This document shows positions 24,275 to 37,954 of a DNA stretch of 64,000 nucleotides, piece after piece. Each line of letters starts with the position of its first letter. The first letter of the stretch is position 1. This stretch comes from Lepidodermella squamata (Eukaryota > Animalia > Gastrotricha): NCBI GenBank assembly GCA_047495785.1, contig JBLDXI010000034.1:434001-498000 (forward strand), written 5' to 3'. The position numbers were made by a program, and so were the translations under genes. The notes beneath the pieces were generated by a model. The model worked only from the letters and a program-made list of their open reading frames with translations, was not told the origin of the DNA and did not search any database.

Positions 24275-25452
24275 ATGTTTGTGCCTCGCCATTGGATTCG
24301 AGTCGCGATTTTGGCAGCTTTGGCTGGTCCTGTAATTGTCATTGAAGGTATAGAGACAATTAACAAAAAATGACCGCTTTGAACACAGTCCACAAATTTT
24401 GAATATTTTCGAACAAAATTATTTTTAAAATGTTCCTTAATTTTTTAATTTTTGAAAATTCGAAAATCTATTTGCTCAATATTTGGATTTTACATTGAAT
24501 TTTAAATTTTGAAATTTTAAACGAATTTTACTTGTCAATTTTTTGTTCAATTTGCCTATTTATGAATATTTCCTTTTTAATTTCAAATTTCAAGCGAATT
24601 TTACATTTCTTTTCGAAATTTGGTTCAATTTGTGTTTTTTTACGAATATTTCTTATTTTAGGACACGTTCCTGCGGATCAAGTCGCTCACAATTACCGAA
24701 ACTTAGCTCAGCTCTTACCTCAAATCGCCAAAGCTTTCCACGCTAAATTCATCGAAAAAGTCAACAATCGGGCATTGCTGAACCGAGACGAGCAAAACCT
24801 AGCCTCACTGCACTCAATCCTCCGTGACGAAATGCTAATCGCATCGGCCAGCCTCATTGAAGCGTTCAATTTTATTTACCGATCGAAATGCATCGACGCA
24901 AAGAGCGGCGAAATTTCACCCGATAGCATATGCGCGAATCGCGCCTACACCACGCTACAACAATTCGCGGCCGAATTGGTACTGGCCACCCTAGGCCAGC
25001 AGACAACGTCGAAAACTCCGATTGAAATCGAAATGCGGAAATTACGCGGAAAATATTTGGAAAAATTACTGATAGGGGTCGATAAATTTTTCAGCGCACT
25101 TTACGGCCCGGTTATACCTAGGAATTTACATGAACTCATCGATTTTTACAAGGATGACTACGTCGAGTTGTTCATGCGAGAAATTTGTTACAAACGCGAT
25201 TTAAGCGTCAGCGAATGGCCGGCGAATTTTCTGGAATTTTTACGCGTGAATCAGGTCAAGCATGACGAGACGCTGGTCGCCATGGTTCGGTCTGGAGCTT
25301 TGAATGAGGAAACTGCGAATATTTTCAGCTTTGGCTATCGAAGCGTCATCGATTTTATGGATAAATACGTCGTCTCAGATCGGCATTCCAAAATCAGCGA
25401 AAAATCTAGAAATTCGACTGTAATTTTGAAACGCAAAAAAACTGAATTTTAA
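24275..25452 (+). CDS. Unknown secreted, predicted alpha-helical protein
   Basis: Signal-peptide exon 24275-24347 (MFVPRHWIRVAILAALAGPVIVIE) splices in frame to 24662-25452. Confidence 0.7.
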
Positions 25453-25585
25453 AATATTCCACCTTAAAAAATATTTCGAAATGTTTTTATTATCAATAAA
25501 TCAAATCAAAAGCAACGTCAAAAGTGTCAAATATCATTCAAGATTGTGAATGAAAAATGTTGGTCAATAATTCAATATGAAATTC

Positions 25586-28500
25586 TCAGTGGCCATTTGC
25601 GTGGCCATTGGAGTAGCCATTCGAAGTATGGCCATTGCTGTGCCCGTTCGAATACCCATTCGACGTTTTGCCGTTAGATTGCGCTTGTTGCTGCTGGCGG
25701 TTGTAGCGTTTCCAGTACATGTCCAGCTCGAGGAAAACTAGCTTTTTAATCGGTTTAGGAAGAGCCGAATACAAGATAGGTGGTAGTGGGATTAGCGGGC
25801 TTGTCGAGGCCTTGTAACGCTTGTAGTCTGAAGAATCAGCGTAACGCTTGTCTGAACGAGCCTCAGCCAGAGGGATACCTAAAAATGAGAAAAAAATGAA
25901 TAAAAATCATAATAAAAACAATGAAATTTGAAAAAAATTTAAAATACAAATTTTCAAAAATTTCAGAAATTTCAGAAAAATATTGAAAAATTTGAAAAAA
26001 AATTCAAATTCACTTGGAATTTTTTTAAATTTTGTGTCTCAATATTTATATAATTTTATTAATGCGGAAAAAATAACTACGAGAAGACATAATTTTCCCC
26101 CGCGTCCTTAAAATTTCCAAACTCTCACTTTATCTTCATGAATCCAATTTTGTCGATTTGCGAAGCGCGTAAAAACCGCACATTTACTGTTGCGCGATGC
26201 TGAGTATCAATTGGACGAAAAACGTAAACGTAGCTACCTTGTTACTGACTGTAGAACTACCTACTCACTCTTATTCAACGACGCCGCTACCAAGCAAGCA
26301 ATCGCAGTAAATGAACAAGAACTCGTCAGAGAAAGACCGCTGAAAACCGTTCAGGCCACTTCATTGCTAGTTGACCCTGAACCTTTGATTGGTTCTTCCA
26401 ATCGCTTATTGGCTCAACAAGCTCCCAACCCAAGCCCTGTAGCTGAACCTGGCCCTTACAATCGCTCGATCGTCCCTGAACCGAGGCCTGGTCCTTCAAA
26501 TCGTTCATTGCCAATTATGACATTTTTTACTCAAAACTTCAACTTTGAACCTTCAAAATGTTGTCTCCCGACCATCCTTAAAAAACGGCTCTCAAATTTG
26601 TTTCTATTTTATAATCGATTCCAGGGGATGAAAATGAGCATAAAATCTCAAAATTATGAGATAAAAATGGGATTTCCGCTCAATTTCGCTGATAAAGCTT
26701 TCTGAATTTTTATGAATTAAAATTGGTTGAGGTGTGAAGGCCCTCTAGTCGCAGCCGACGTGCGCGTAATAATATAACCCGCGATTCGCCGCCGAAAAAG
26801 CGCGGACAGCCACCGAACCGCCTCGAAGTGCCAGTCGCCGTTAAATCACATTGTAATTTCATAGTAATTCCTTTTTTCATTTTGATGATCCACCTTAATT
26901 ACGACAGCGCCTCCGCCGCGTAAGCAGTTGCATACCGAGGAAGAGCCAGTGGCCAAACAGAAACGCGGCAGGCCTCCTAAGGTTAAAGATCTAGCATCAG
27001 CACCTAAAAAGCGCGGCCGGCTGCTGTCAGGTAAACGAACCTCGTCTCCTGTGTCAACTTCGTCATCGCCTGTTCCTGACTTGCCGATACTTGATTTCCC
27101 AGATATTGTTATTTCGCCCACATCGCCGAGAAGAAGGCGAGCAAAGAAGAGGATGATATGTTTCGATTTTTTACTTCGAAAATCAGTGAATCACAACCGT
27201 CATCTTGGAAAAATAGACAGCTTTTGGTCACGATTTTCGTACTAATAACGCCGTCGAAGGGTGGCAAAACAAAATCAATCGCCTCGTGCATAGCCTACAC
27301 CTTCTGTCTTTCTGAGTCTTCATCGAAATAATTCTGATGGACGAAGCAAGAAAGCCGATGCTCACGGTAAACTACTGTAGCGAATTTCAGGCGAAAAAGA
27401 CCTAGCCTGCCGTAAAAAGTATGAACTTCTGAGAACAACAACTTGACGAAAAATTAGCTACGAAATTGCTGGATAAGAAACTGAACGTGATCGACTACTA
27501 GCGCTGCCATTTATCTCGTATGGCGTCATTTGCGCAAACGTCAATTGCGCTAAAAACGACGCAATGAACTATAAAAATTACTTTCCCAACTAATTTTATA
27601 ATCAAAAGATTTTTTCATCTTAATCACACACCTATTTCTTTTGCTTTACCAGAAAAGCGAAGTAAATCATTTCAATATCTTTAAAAATAAATTAAATTTA
27701 AAAAATGTATGCACTATAAAAATCCGCATTTACGAAGGGAAAAGGAAAATATATGCCTTTTTTATTTTTTAGCAGTATAGCGTTATAAAAATGATTTCTA
27801 TTTTCCTCCAAATTACGAATTTTCTATCAATTTTCTCTCATTTTAGGCAATTTTTTGGCAATTTTTTTGAATAATTTCAGATTTGTTGAAAAAATGAAAA
27901 ATTTCAAAAATTTCAAAATTTTGATCTGTAATTTTGGTGTTAATTTTAAGGATTTCCAAAACTTGATCTGTAAATATGTATTAATTTCAAAAATAAATTA
28001 CAAATTTTTCAAAAATTATTTAAATTACCTGAGAGGAAGCACAGCAAAAAGAACGTGAGACCAGGTGAGGCGGCGCTGATTAAATAGCCCAGCGAAAATC
28101 TGTTCGCCGCATAAATCGAACACGAGCTCAGGTACAGGCCCAGCCACATGATAATCTCGCCGAAATAATTCGGATGCCGCGAGTAGTACCACAGGCCGGT
28201 ATCGGCGTCGAAATCGCTCGACTGTTTCGACGGGCTCGTCGCAATAGGCGTCCGAGCGTAACGCTGATGGTCGGAAACGGCCTCGAAAAAGAACCCAACG
28301 GCCCAAATCGCGAGACCGGCATAATCGAGGCGATTCAGTGGCACGTCGACTGAGGCTGAATTTGTGAGGGTGACAGGTAGCGACACGGTCCATACCCACA
28401 CCATTTGGATGACCCAAAAGCCGAGGAAACGCAGGAAATTTTCGCGAATTCCGTCGAATCGCGCGTCTTTATCGCGGCGTAGGACGCGATTGAGGAGGAA

Positions 28501-29060
28501 AAAACCGAGGCGAACCGCCCAGATTGTGACGCATAGGGTGTGGAGAGCTTGCCGGGTTGTATGAGTGCCTTTTAGCAGGAAAACCAGCCATGCGAGAAGG
28601 GCAAAATTCATCGACCCAGCAAAGTCGGTTACCTGAAAGAGAAATTTCAATAAATTTAAATTAAATTTAAAAATTAAAATAGATTTAAAATTTTGTAAAT
28701 TAAAAAAAAATGTTTGAAAAATTAAAAAATTCAGAAAAATTACTTAATTATTTCATTTAATTTTTCTCTCTTTTTTACTAACGATCATGAGTCCCACTTG
28801 ATGAATTGACCCGCAATTGTTGAAAGGTCATTGCGAGAATATCAGCCGGCGGAAAAAATCTATACAAGAATTTTCTGAAATTTTGGCTCAGGTCCAATAA
28901 TGTTTTTTTTAATTAACGAAAAATCAATTTTTGAGCTCACCTTATCGAATTTGAAGGTATTAGCAACGGCGAAGAATGACAGTTGGATGCAGACCGTAGC
29001 CAGGCCGGACAAGCCAAGGTAGTACGGCATGTCGTTGCTTATCACGGCGGTTGAAGCCAT
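25586..29060 (-). CDS. DUF1295 / steroid 5-alpha-reductase-like membrane protein
   Basis: Exons 29060-28941, 28632-28029, 25878-25586. Motifs DKVTDFAG, WAVRLG, DARFD, GLWYYSRHPNYFGE, SGIPLAE; SNGH-repeat tail. Confidence 0.9.
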
Positions 29061-31047
29061 TTTGCAGTGAAGTCAATAAAATAATTGCCAAAAAATTCCA
29101 CCTTAATTTCGGCGAATAATCTAGAACGCAAAAATTAAGTAATGAGGTTAAATAATTAGCTGCTCGCGTTGCACAGAGCGGCCGGTTGTCCACTATTTCG
29201 AGGTCTTGCAGCTAAATACAGCTGGCCCCTTGTTAACTAATCGCGTTATAGAGCTCAAGTAGAACGCAGTTCAAGTAGAAAAGTAAACACAGCCGTAAAT
29301 AAACGGCGAGACATGGGCGAGATAACGCGCACCTTCTAACACATAGGCATCAGTCTCAAGAAATTAGGTTTAATTTCCACAAAAACAAGCGAAAATAAAA
29401 GAAATCAGACAGGCCACTGATCTATTATTTAGGTCACGACGCACTTGGGTCGGGTCGGCAAAATGATGCAATAATAACAAGTAGGTCATGGAAAATTTGA
29501 AAACAAAACGGTAAAAATTGTCGTCAAACAGGGTACATTTACAACTAAGGCTTTGCAGGTTATCAACTTTTCAGGATATACGCCAATTTTCACATAAAAT
29601 TCTTTGTTTCATTAACTTTCATTTGAAATTAGACTCGCGGTGATTTGGAAAAATTTACAAAAAGCACGTGCCAAGAGGAATTATTTCATTTAAAAAAGAA
29701 GCTGTTTCACTATCTGTTCCTGATTATTTTGAAAAATCAGATGATAATTTCTACACTTGTAATAAATTCCAAATACACTACCCACCTTTGCTGTAAAATT
29801 TCAGAATTTCTTTGAGAATTTTAAAGAGCAAAAAACGAGTCGCTGAAACGAGTGTAAAAAGTCCCAGAAAATGAACTGTCTAAGCAGGTCAAAAAGACAC
29901 ATCTAATCGGGCTGTTTTATCGGCTGGTTAACGCAATAATCGTAACTGGGCCGAAGAAAAACAAAGATAGCAGCCCTACAGAGGATAATTTTAGCTTGAA
30001 ACAATAAAAATAACAATTAAAATTAGAAAACCGCAGACCAAATTATGGAAAAAGCTTATGTATGTCTCTCTTTAGGTCAACATAGGCATAAAGCCTGAAT
30101 ACCAGTGTGAATTTTGTCTCGTTTGTAAATTCAGAAATTCCCAATTCCTAATACACGTCGGAAAAAATAATAGAAATTCTACAAGTGAAGATAAGAGAAA
30201 TGAAGGGGAATTTTCGGGAAGTTATTCGAGGAAATAATGGTAGATTACAACAGCCATTTTTTTACTATATAACGCCAATGCGTAATGCTTATACGAAGAA
30301 TTATCGTCATTATTATACGTTCCATAGTACACACCGCCGCTAGTACTACGATTATTATTATACGCGTGTGCTCTGGTTCATTTCTTGTAGTCCACGAGTG
30401 CGATGCGTCATGAATGGCCTCGAAAAAATGTACAAATATTGCTTGCGCGCGTGCTTCGTATCGTAATTTTATTACTACGACGTTGAAATAAAAGACGAAT
30501 AACAGTGTCCCAAACCAGGATCTTAGATGAGATACCGCTAGTCCGTGCTTCGGAAGCTTTGTATTTCATTCAGAATTTTCTAGAAAACATTGAAATTCCA
30601 TAGCACAAAAGCTTTTTCTACATGCTATTATAGTCTTGAAGAATCGGGAAGAAATTATTCTGGAATTTTTTTGGAAATTGTTCCATATCTCTCCTCATTT
30701 TATTGGGAATTTAACGAGTAAAAAAACTATCAAATAGAAAAAAAACAGAAAAAATATTGTGAACATTTCGAAAATTCACAAAAATCAATGGAAGGGTTGC
30801 CACCCGTGAAATTTATATCAGCTTTTAGAGGAGAGATCCTGCTATACGTAGCGAAAATATCAGCCAAATCGGAGTGAGGCTATTTGAGATTTTTCATTTT
30901 CATAATAGGCACCCATATTTTATTGATCACTGCGCACTTTTTGCGCTCATTTTATTACCACGCATTATTACTGTAATCAAGTGATTTCTACCGTCAAGCA
31001 AAAACTGCAAAAATCACGATGAATTATCTCGGCACACTTAAAATATC

Positions 31048-31606
31048 CGTGGTCAGACTTTTCAGCAGTGACACTTCAGCAAATGAGGGTCAAATCAGCA
31101 GTGACATTTCATCAGTGACACATTGTCAGTAAAAAATCCATAAAAATCAATTTTTTGAATCAATTTTAATAATTTATGTAGACAAGTGAGCAGGGACATT
31201 TCAGCAGCGACAAAATAGCAGTGACTATTGAGCAGTGACTTGTCATCAGTGACAAATGAGCAAGTGACACTTCATCAATTTTTATTAATTTATCTCGGGC
31301 ATTGAACTTGCAATTTTTGAGCTCAACTTCAATGCAGCGCATAGTCCCCCTGCTGAGTACGGCTGAAATTCAATTGATGAAATGTCTCCGCTGAAATGTC
31401 ACTGCGCAAATGTCACCGAGATGAAGATAATAAATTTGCAAAAATTTGGGATTAATTATCAAAAATCACTGCTGACTTGTCACTGATCATTTGTCACTGC
31501 GCAAATGTCGCAGCTCAAATGTCACTGCTCATTAGTCACTGATGAAAAGTCACTGCTCATTTGACCCTCATTTGCTGAAATGTCACTGCTGAAAAGTCGT
31601 ACAACC
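31048..31606. mobile_element. TIR element with 8-bp TSD and many CAGCAGTGAC sub-repeats
   Basis: TSD AAAATATC at 31040-31047 and 31607-31614. Imperfect TIRs ...GACTTTTCAGCAGTGACA. Superfamily uncertain. Confidence 0.8.
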
Positions 31607-31865
31607 AAAATATCACGTACTAGTGTGTCACTGCTGTACACATTTTATGTCGGAGGTTGAGGCTGAGTGGTCAAGGAATGAAGAAATCAAAAATTAAAAA
31701 TTAAAAGGGAAACATATTTTGCTGTGGGAGCTGGTGACTAATTTTTTTATGGTTCGCCATGCATTAGCCTTCCTTAAAATTTGAAAGGGCTGCACACGCT
31801 CAGTCGCGAGAAAGAGAAAAGAAATTAAAAAAATTAAAAAAAAAAATTAAATCGAAAAAAGATTT

Positions 31866-31947
31866 CGACGCAGAAGGGATTCGAACCCTCGCGGGCAGAG
31901 CCCAATGGATTAGCAGTCCATCGCCTTAACCACTCGGCCACCGCGTC
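31866..31947 (-). tRNA. tRNA-Ser (anticodon GCT)
   Basis: GACGCGGTGGCCGAGTGGTTAAGGCGATGGACTGCTAATCCATTGGGCTCTGCCCGCGAGGGTTCGAATCCCTTCTGCGTCG: 82 nt, long variable arm, no encoded CCA, followed by a T-run terminator. Confidence 0.97.
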
Positions 31948-32317
31948 TTCATATTCGCGTTATGATGATAACCGCTTTTATATAATTATTCATCACACGC
32001 AGTGAAAATATTAAGCCAGCGTCGTACAACGTGGTTATATTATGGATCGATTGCGTCAACCATGCTAGCTACTACATACGTGCCGAGTATTATAACGTGT
32101 TATGACCACACATAATAATACAACGAAATAACGCCAGCTGTAATCACACCTTAATTATCGAAGAAAATCGGTATTAATTACATGCAGGAGCATTGATTCT
32201 TGCTCTTGCACCAACCTTAGCGCCAGGGTGATGTAGAAAATCTTTAATTATTAAACATTTCGTAAAAAAAATGCAACCATAAAATTGTGTAATTCGTAAA
32301 AAACAAATTGTCTGAAA

Positions 32318-35300
32318 ATGCCAGAATTTAAACGCGAAAAATCGAGAATTTTCGCGACTCAACTTGGCGCTCAAAGAAATGACGCTACTACCGAGCTTCT
32401 CGATTACCTAACCAGCAATAGCGACGGCTCTTTTCATCTAATTCTGGACAATCCTGAGAACAACGAGCCTATCGAGATTAATACGGTTCGCTATTCAAAG
32501 ATGAATCAATTTATTTGATTTTTTCCAATTTTTAAGGTGGACCTTTTCTTACTATTTATTGCGAAAGATTATAATGCGGCTGGAGATGTTAGAAAAGCCG
32601 ATCAAGCCGATAGAGGTCAAGTACCGCTGATGACCATTTACCTGAACGAGCTCAGACCAAACCCATCCGGACTTCTCGGCACCATAATTTCAAACTGTAT
32701 CGACTGTCTAAATTACTTCGAAAATGCTAATGTCGAACATTTGGGCAAGGAATTTCTCGCGAAAATTCAGCAAATTTTATCCGCGACAAAGTTGCGAACT
32801 TTCAGTTTCCCGGCTAATTTAGCTGGCAAATTTTTCCCACGGTCGAATGAGGTCACGAAATCATTGCGCAGCGCATTTCGTGACGCGTTGCAGGGTGACC
32901 GCAATAAGCTGCTGGTAATTGCGGGTCCGGAGGGTGTCGGCAAAACCACCTTAATCGCTAATTTCCTACGCAACCCTGCTAATCACGGCGATATGAAGCG
33001 CGCTGTTTGGATTAGCGGCTATAAGTGGCACGCAAATGCCGTGTTTACGAGTGACGCAATCAGTGAGGCGCGACGGATTATTAAGGCGGATGTTACGCGA
33101 GATTTGCGCCACCTGCCCGCTGATACGCGACCGGATGTGATGATTTTCGACGATATCAGCCACTTTTCTATCGTTGATAGCCTTCACGCAATCTACTCGG
33201 GCGATAACACGCTGGTTGTAGTACTGACTAATGACCGGCATCTGACTTCAATGAAGTTAGACACCAGATGGCACGCGATCACGCAAAATGTTGTAGAACT
33301 ACCGCCGTTTACTGACCACGAAATTATTTCATTCGCGAAAATCTACTCGCCAGGGCTGGAGAAGAAACTAAGCCAGGCTCAACTGAGAGAATTAGCCCAG
33401 AGAAGTTACGGAATCGCGAGAAATGTCGTCCAATTCTGCGAAAGTTTCCGCTGCATTGCGAAAACCGGAAGTCACAGCGACTTCGAAAAGCTGGTAGGCA
33501 ATGCGTTGCGGAGCCTTGCCCCACCTGTTAACTACCATGGCCTGGACAAAAAGGGGCCTTTCACGAGCCCGAGGGTTGAAACAAGTCGAGGTAGGTCTCA
33601 AACAATGCTTCAGATCTCAGAATCCGGGCAAAATCTCTACCCGCCACCAGCGTAAGTCGAAACCGCTCTCCCTAGCAACGGTTGCCAAGGACTTTGTTTT
33701 TACCTAGATATTACGATGTTCCACGTTTTCAGCCCTATCTCAACCGGAAGGAGGAAGAAATGCGGGTTTTATCTGGAATTAAAGCCCTGGCAACATCTGA
33801 CGACCCATCAATCGGCTTCTTCCTGATTTTAGGCAGACCCGGTATCGGGAAAACAACCCTGGTATCAGCTGCTCTTCACGAACCGGCTTATCACGACTTT
33901 GTGTCTAACATTTGCAATATTCAAATCGTGTTCTATCTAAGCAATCCTTGCCGTTTCAAGTCTGAGAAGCAATTTGTCGATGTTTTGTTGGAACTGGGTG
34001 CCAAAGAGGCGCCTGATTACGCCAATGAAGCCACACCTTGGTTGAATCTATCTGAAATGGTCACATACTTCGAACGGGTCAGGAAACAGCGAATTCTCTT
34101 CGTGTTCGACGATGTTTTTGATCAGTTATTGCTGATTGATTTCCGGAAAAATTGCCCAACTGGACTCTGCGTTGTCATAACGAATCAAGAATTTGAAATT
34201 TTCGATCAAATCACGAAATCTGGCACTTATACTGTTCCACCTCTAACCGACTCTCAAACCCTCGAATTATTTCAAAATCAGCTGAATTTGCGGAATCGGC
34301 TTGGAATGCATCATATGACCTTGTTATCGCAGCGATTTTGCAATGGCTCGTCGTTGATCGCCGCTCAAATAGCCGGTCAGTTCGCCCGATCTCGTCGAAT
34401 TGTGAAAAAATTCGAAGAAATCACATCTAAATTCGCTCCATGTCGTTTTGAGATCGATTTATCCCACGAAATGGCGAAAACAGCTTTCCAGTATCTCGAT
34501 GAAGATTCAAAGCTATGTTTCCTCACTTTCCTAATCTTCGACCCTGATGAGCCGATTTGTCTACATGATCTAGCCGTTATGCTGGCGAGAGAGGAGAAGG
34601 ACGCGAGTCAAATTTTGGAGACACTTCAAGATTTCTCGTTAATTCGACGATCTGAGCTGAAAACGGCGACCAATTACCACATGCATCGCCTGTGCCATGA
34701 AACCGGTCTATTGATCGCGACTGAAATGTTTCGAGTTTCAAATCTGCCGAGCCTAAGATTGAAAATTGTGAGAAAATTGGAGGCGAGCCAAAATTTGATT
34801 GATTTCGCACATCGTTTGATCGAAGGCGATTGTTACGTAAGACTTTGCGATATTTTCTCGAAAATTCTTAAGGCGGATTATGGAAGTTACTCAAAAGATT
34901 GCAAGACCCCAACGAAGTTGCAGGATTCCCTGGGCCGAACTGCTTTAATGGCAGCTGCTCGATGCGAAAATCTCCCGATGCTCCGACAACTCTACAAATC
35001 ATGTAAAGACGCCGTCTCACTTCAGGACAATCAAGGCCGGACTGCTTTTATTTGGTCGTTTTTGAAGGCGAATAACCTGGAGGTCACGAAGTTTTTGTAC
35101 GAAGCTTGGCCTATGGCGATCGATAAGAAGGACGCGAGTGGGAAGTCAGTCTTCACTTTGGCTGTCGAGGCTTGTCACGATGTTGCGATTCTAGAGTTCC
35201 TATTAGATAACGATCCTCGATTTCTGAAGGACCAAAACGAAACAACTGGAGGCACGACCCTCATGCATGCGGCTCGTTGCGGGAATTTGACAGCGGTTGA

Positions 35301-35700
35301 GTTGGTTTTCAGAAAATGGCCAGATTCAGTCGCAATCTTAGACAAACGCGGCCGATCAGCGTTGATGTGGGCGTGCGAACGCGGCCATTTCGCCGTAGCA
35401 CGTTTCCTCTTTGAATCTTGGCCTGAAGCTGTTCAGTTGAAGGAAGTAGACACAGGCGAGACTTGCCTCATGCTGGCATTGCAATCTGGGAGTTTAGAAC
35501 TGGTTAAATTCATCTATGAAGCTTGGACTGACGGCCTGGAGGTTGAGTCTATGACTAAGAAAACTGCTATGTCGCTGGCGATCGAATTGGGCCAGATGGA
35601 GCTCCTTAGATATCTTCATGACGTGTGGGCTGCTCGAATGACTTTCGTCGCTGCGATCAAAGCTGATCCTGCTGAAGATGCGGATGATGAAAAAGAATGA
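32318..35700 (+). CDS. NLR-like protein (about 1091 aa): TIR-like domain + two tandem STAND (NB-ARC-like) NTPases + ankyrin repeats
   Basis: Exons 32318-32485, 32537-33651, 33708-35700 join in frame. Walker A GPEGVGKT and GRPGIGKT; Walker B VMIFDD and ILFVFDD; winged-helix MHRL; about 7 ANK repeats. Confidence 0.85.
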
Positions 35701-36101
35701 AACGATTTTTCCAAAGACTTTTATTTCTCTTAGCTCATATAACTCTCATTTCTTTGTCTGAATTCAGGTCATTTTTTTATAAGAACCCCTCTTCGTTACC
35801 TTTTATTCCTACAACCCGGTGTTTCGCGTTTCAGGAGTCGCTTCACAGGATTTGTCGCAAATCAGTCCTAACATCCTTCTATTACAACATTGATCCCCGC
35901 TGTGAAAAAATAAACTTGATAATTAAGCTGGATTTTTAAATTTCGTCGCGCAATTTGAGAATCCGGAAAAAATTGTTTAGCATGCACGCTAGTTTCCTGT
36001 CACGGAGACTGACCAAAATCAACAACGCACCGGCTCATCGGTCGACATTTAGTCAGTCATTCAGTGAAAAATCCAGTTGTAAACTTGTATTTAACCAGTT
36101 C

Positions 36102-37596
36102 ATGATGAATCAACGCATGAGCATGCAACGAGCTATGGCTAGAGAAAGAAGCGAAGAAGCGTACCTGTACGAGGAGGAGGAAGAAGAAGAGGATGAGCTG
36201 TACGATTACGTAGTGATCGTCCTCCTATTCTTCATCTTATTCTTTTTCTGCGTCTTCGGAGGCGCTTTGGTCTATTGGACGGAGTTCGAAACAGTTCGAG
36301 GGCTGAATGGCGCTGCTCTTGCTGCAGATACGAATTACACTCAGGACGCTACAAATGTCACCATCGAATTGGCAGACTACTTTGGTAACAAGATTCAAAT
36401 GGATAACTCCAGCCAGAATCAACTGTTTTTCAGATAAAGTAACCATTAAAGCTGCTCTCAAGGAAAAAGAGGGATTCCAGACTAAGCTAACCAAATTGTT
36501 TCAACTGATAATGGACCAAACAAGTGAAGGAAAGGATACGAATCGAGTAAGGATTGTCCTGCTGAACGAAACGCATGCGAGTCTCATTGTGAAGCCCGAA
36601 CTGCCAAAATACGTTTTCGGTTAGTAAAGAAGCTTGACGAGTCAAAATAACTTGAGATTTTCTATTGAACTCAGATATCTACGGCTCGTTTTTCTTCACA
36701 TTCGATATCGTCACTACGATCGGTTTTGGCCAGAGAAATCCGCTGACAGATGCTGGGAAAAATCTGGCTACAGCTATCGCTTTGATAGGCTGCCCTATTC
36801 TGGTCTTATTTTGCGATCGATTGGCCGAAAAATTCAACCTGTAATCATTCTATCCCTATTGTGAACCTTTTGATCTTGCGATAATTTAGAACTGGACTGA
36901 GAATTAGGAGAGGAATTTGCGGGATAAGGATTTACAACAAGAAAGGACGGCAAAACAACTCCATCAATGGGTCAAGGTCGATCTGGTGCCGTTGGTTTTC
37001 AACTCTGACCTTGGAATCAATAGGGTTGGCTTTCTTCATCTTCCTACCAGCGATATCCTTCCTGTTTTTGGAATACAATTGGACGGTTTGTATTTTTGAA
37101 AGTCAGCCTTAACATGTTCTATAGATCAAGTCTCATCCAATCCATAGTATGTCGATGCAGTTTATTACGCTGTAAACGCCCTGAGCACAACTGGATGTGG
37201 CGATTTCCTTGCTGGTTAGATTTCAATTTAATTTCAAAGTTCATATCTAACATGAATTTATATTTTTCATTATTTTATATGATTTATGATTTTTTGTCTA
37301 AGATTCCCTTTATTCTTATTTTGAAATGAAATTCAAGCCTTTCAATTTCATTTTATTCTTCAGCCGAAGATTATCGCATCCCGTTGCTTAATTTGTACCG
37401 TGTTTTCTACGTAATGTGGCTGCTAATCGGAATGACGTGGTGGGATGCATATTGCGACAACGGCGCCGAACGGTTGCAACACATCTGCGATTTGACCATC
37501 AAGCCTCTGTTGGACAAATGCCGCGGGAAGCGACCTCGACCACCGCAAGCTATAGCAAGCCGCATGCAACAACCCTTAATGCTGAGAAACTTCTGA
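36102..37596 (+). CDS. Divergent two-pore-domain (K2P) potassium channel, copy 1
   Basis: Exons 36102-36384, 36434-36619, 36675-36840, 36890-37085, 37148-37214, 37364-37596. P1 TTIGFG...P.TDAGK; P2 YYAVNALSTTGCGD; four TM segments. Confidence 0.88.
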
Positions 37597-37954
37597 AAAA
37601 AATGAAAGAAAATGTCCCTCTTGTTCACTAAAGTTGTAGTATTAGAGTAAAAATCATGAGTTAAGGGATTTAGTAGTAAAAAGTAAACGGGTGATGTTAT
37701 AACTCATTTGAATTTACAATTTCGCCTCCCTTGAAGAATATATCTTGACCCATTATAATGCGACCTAATAGCTCGCATCCACAGACGAAAAGGGTCAAAA
37801 AGACATTCATGCTTCATTTCGAGTGAATAATAAGGGCTATCTCATCTTCACCCAAGCATGAATTCAAGGACAGAATCGATTGCTGCACATCCGTCTGCCG
37901 TGTCTGTCGTGTGCGAAAATGAGCAATTCTTGTGCGTAATCGTAAAATATCAAA

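Noticed and set aside
31651-31680. A-box-like GGCTGAGTGGTCAAGG near the tRNA-Ser gene
   Set aside because: No B box or cloverleaf follows; at most a relic.
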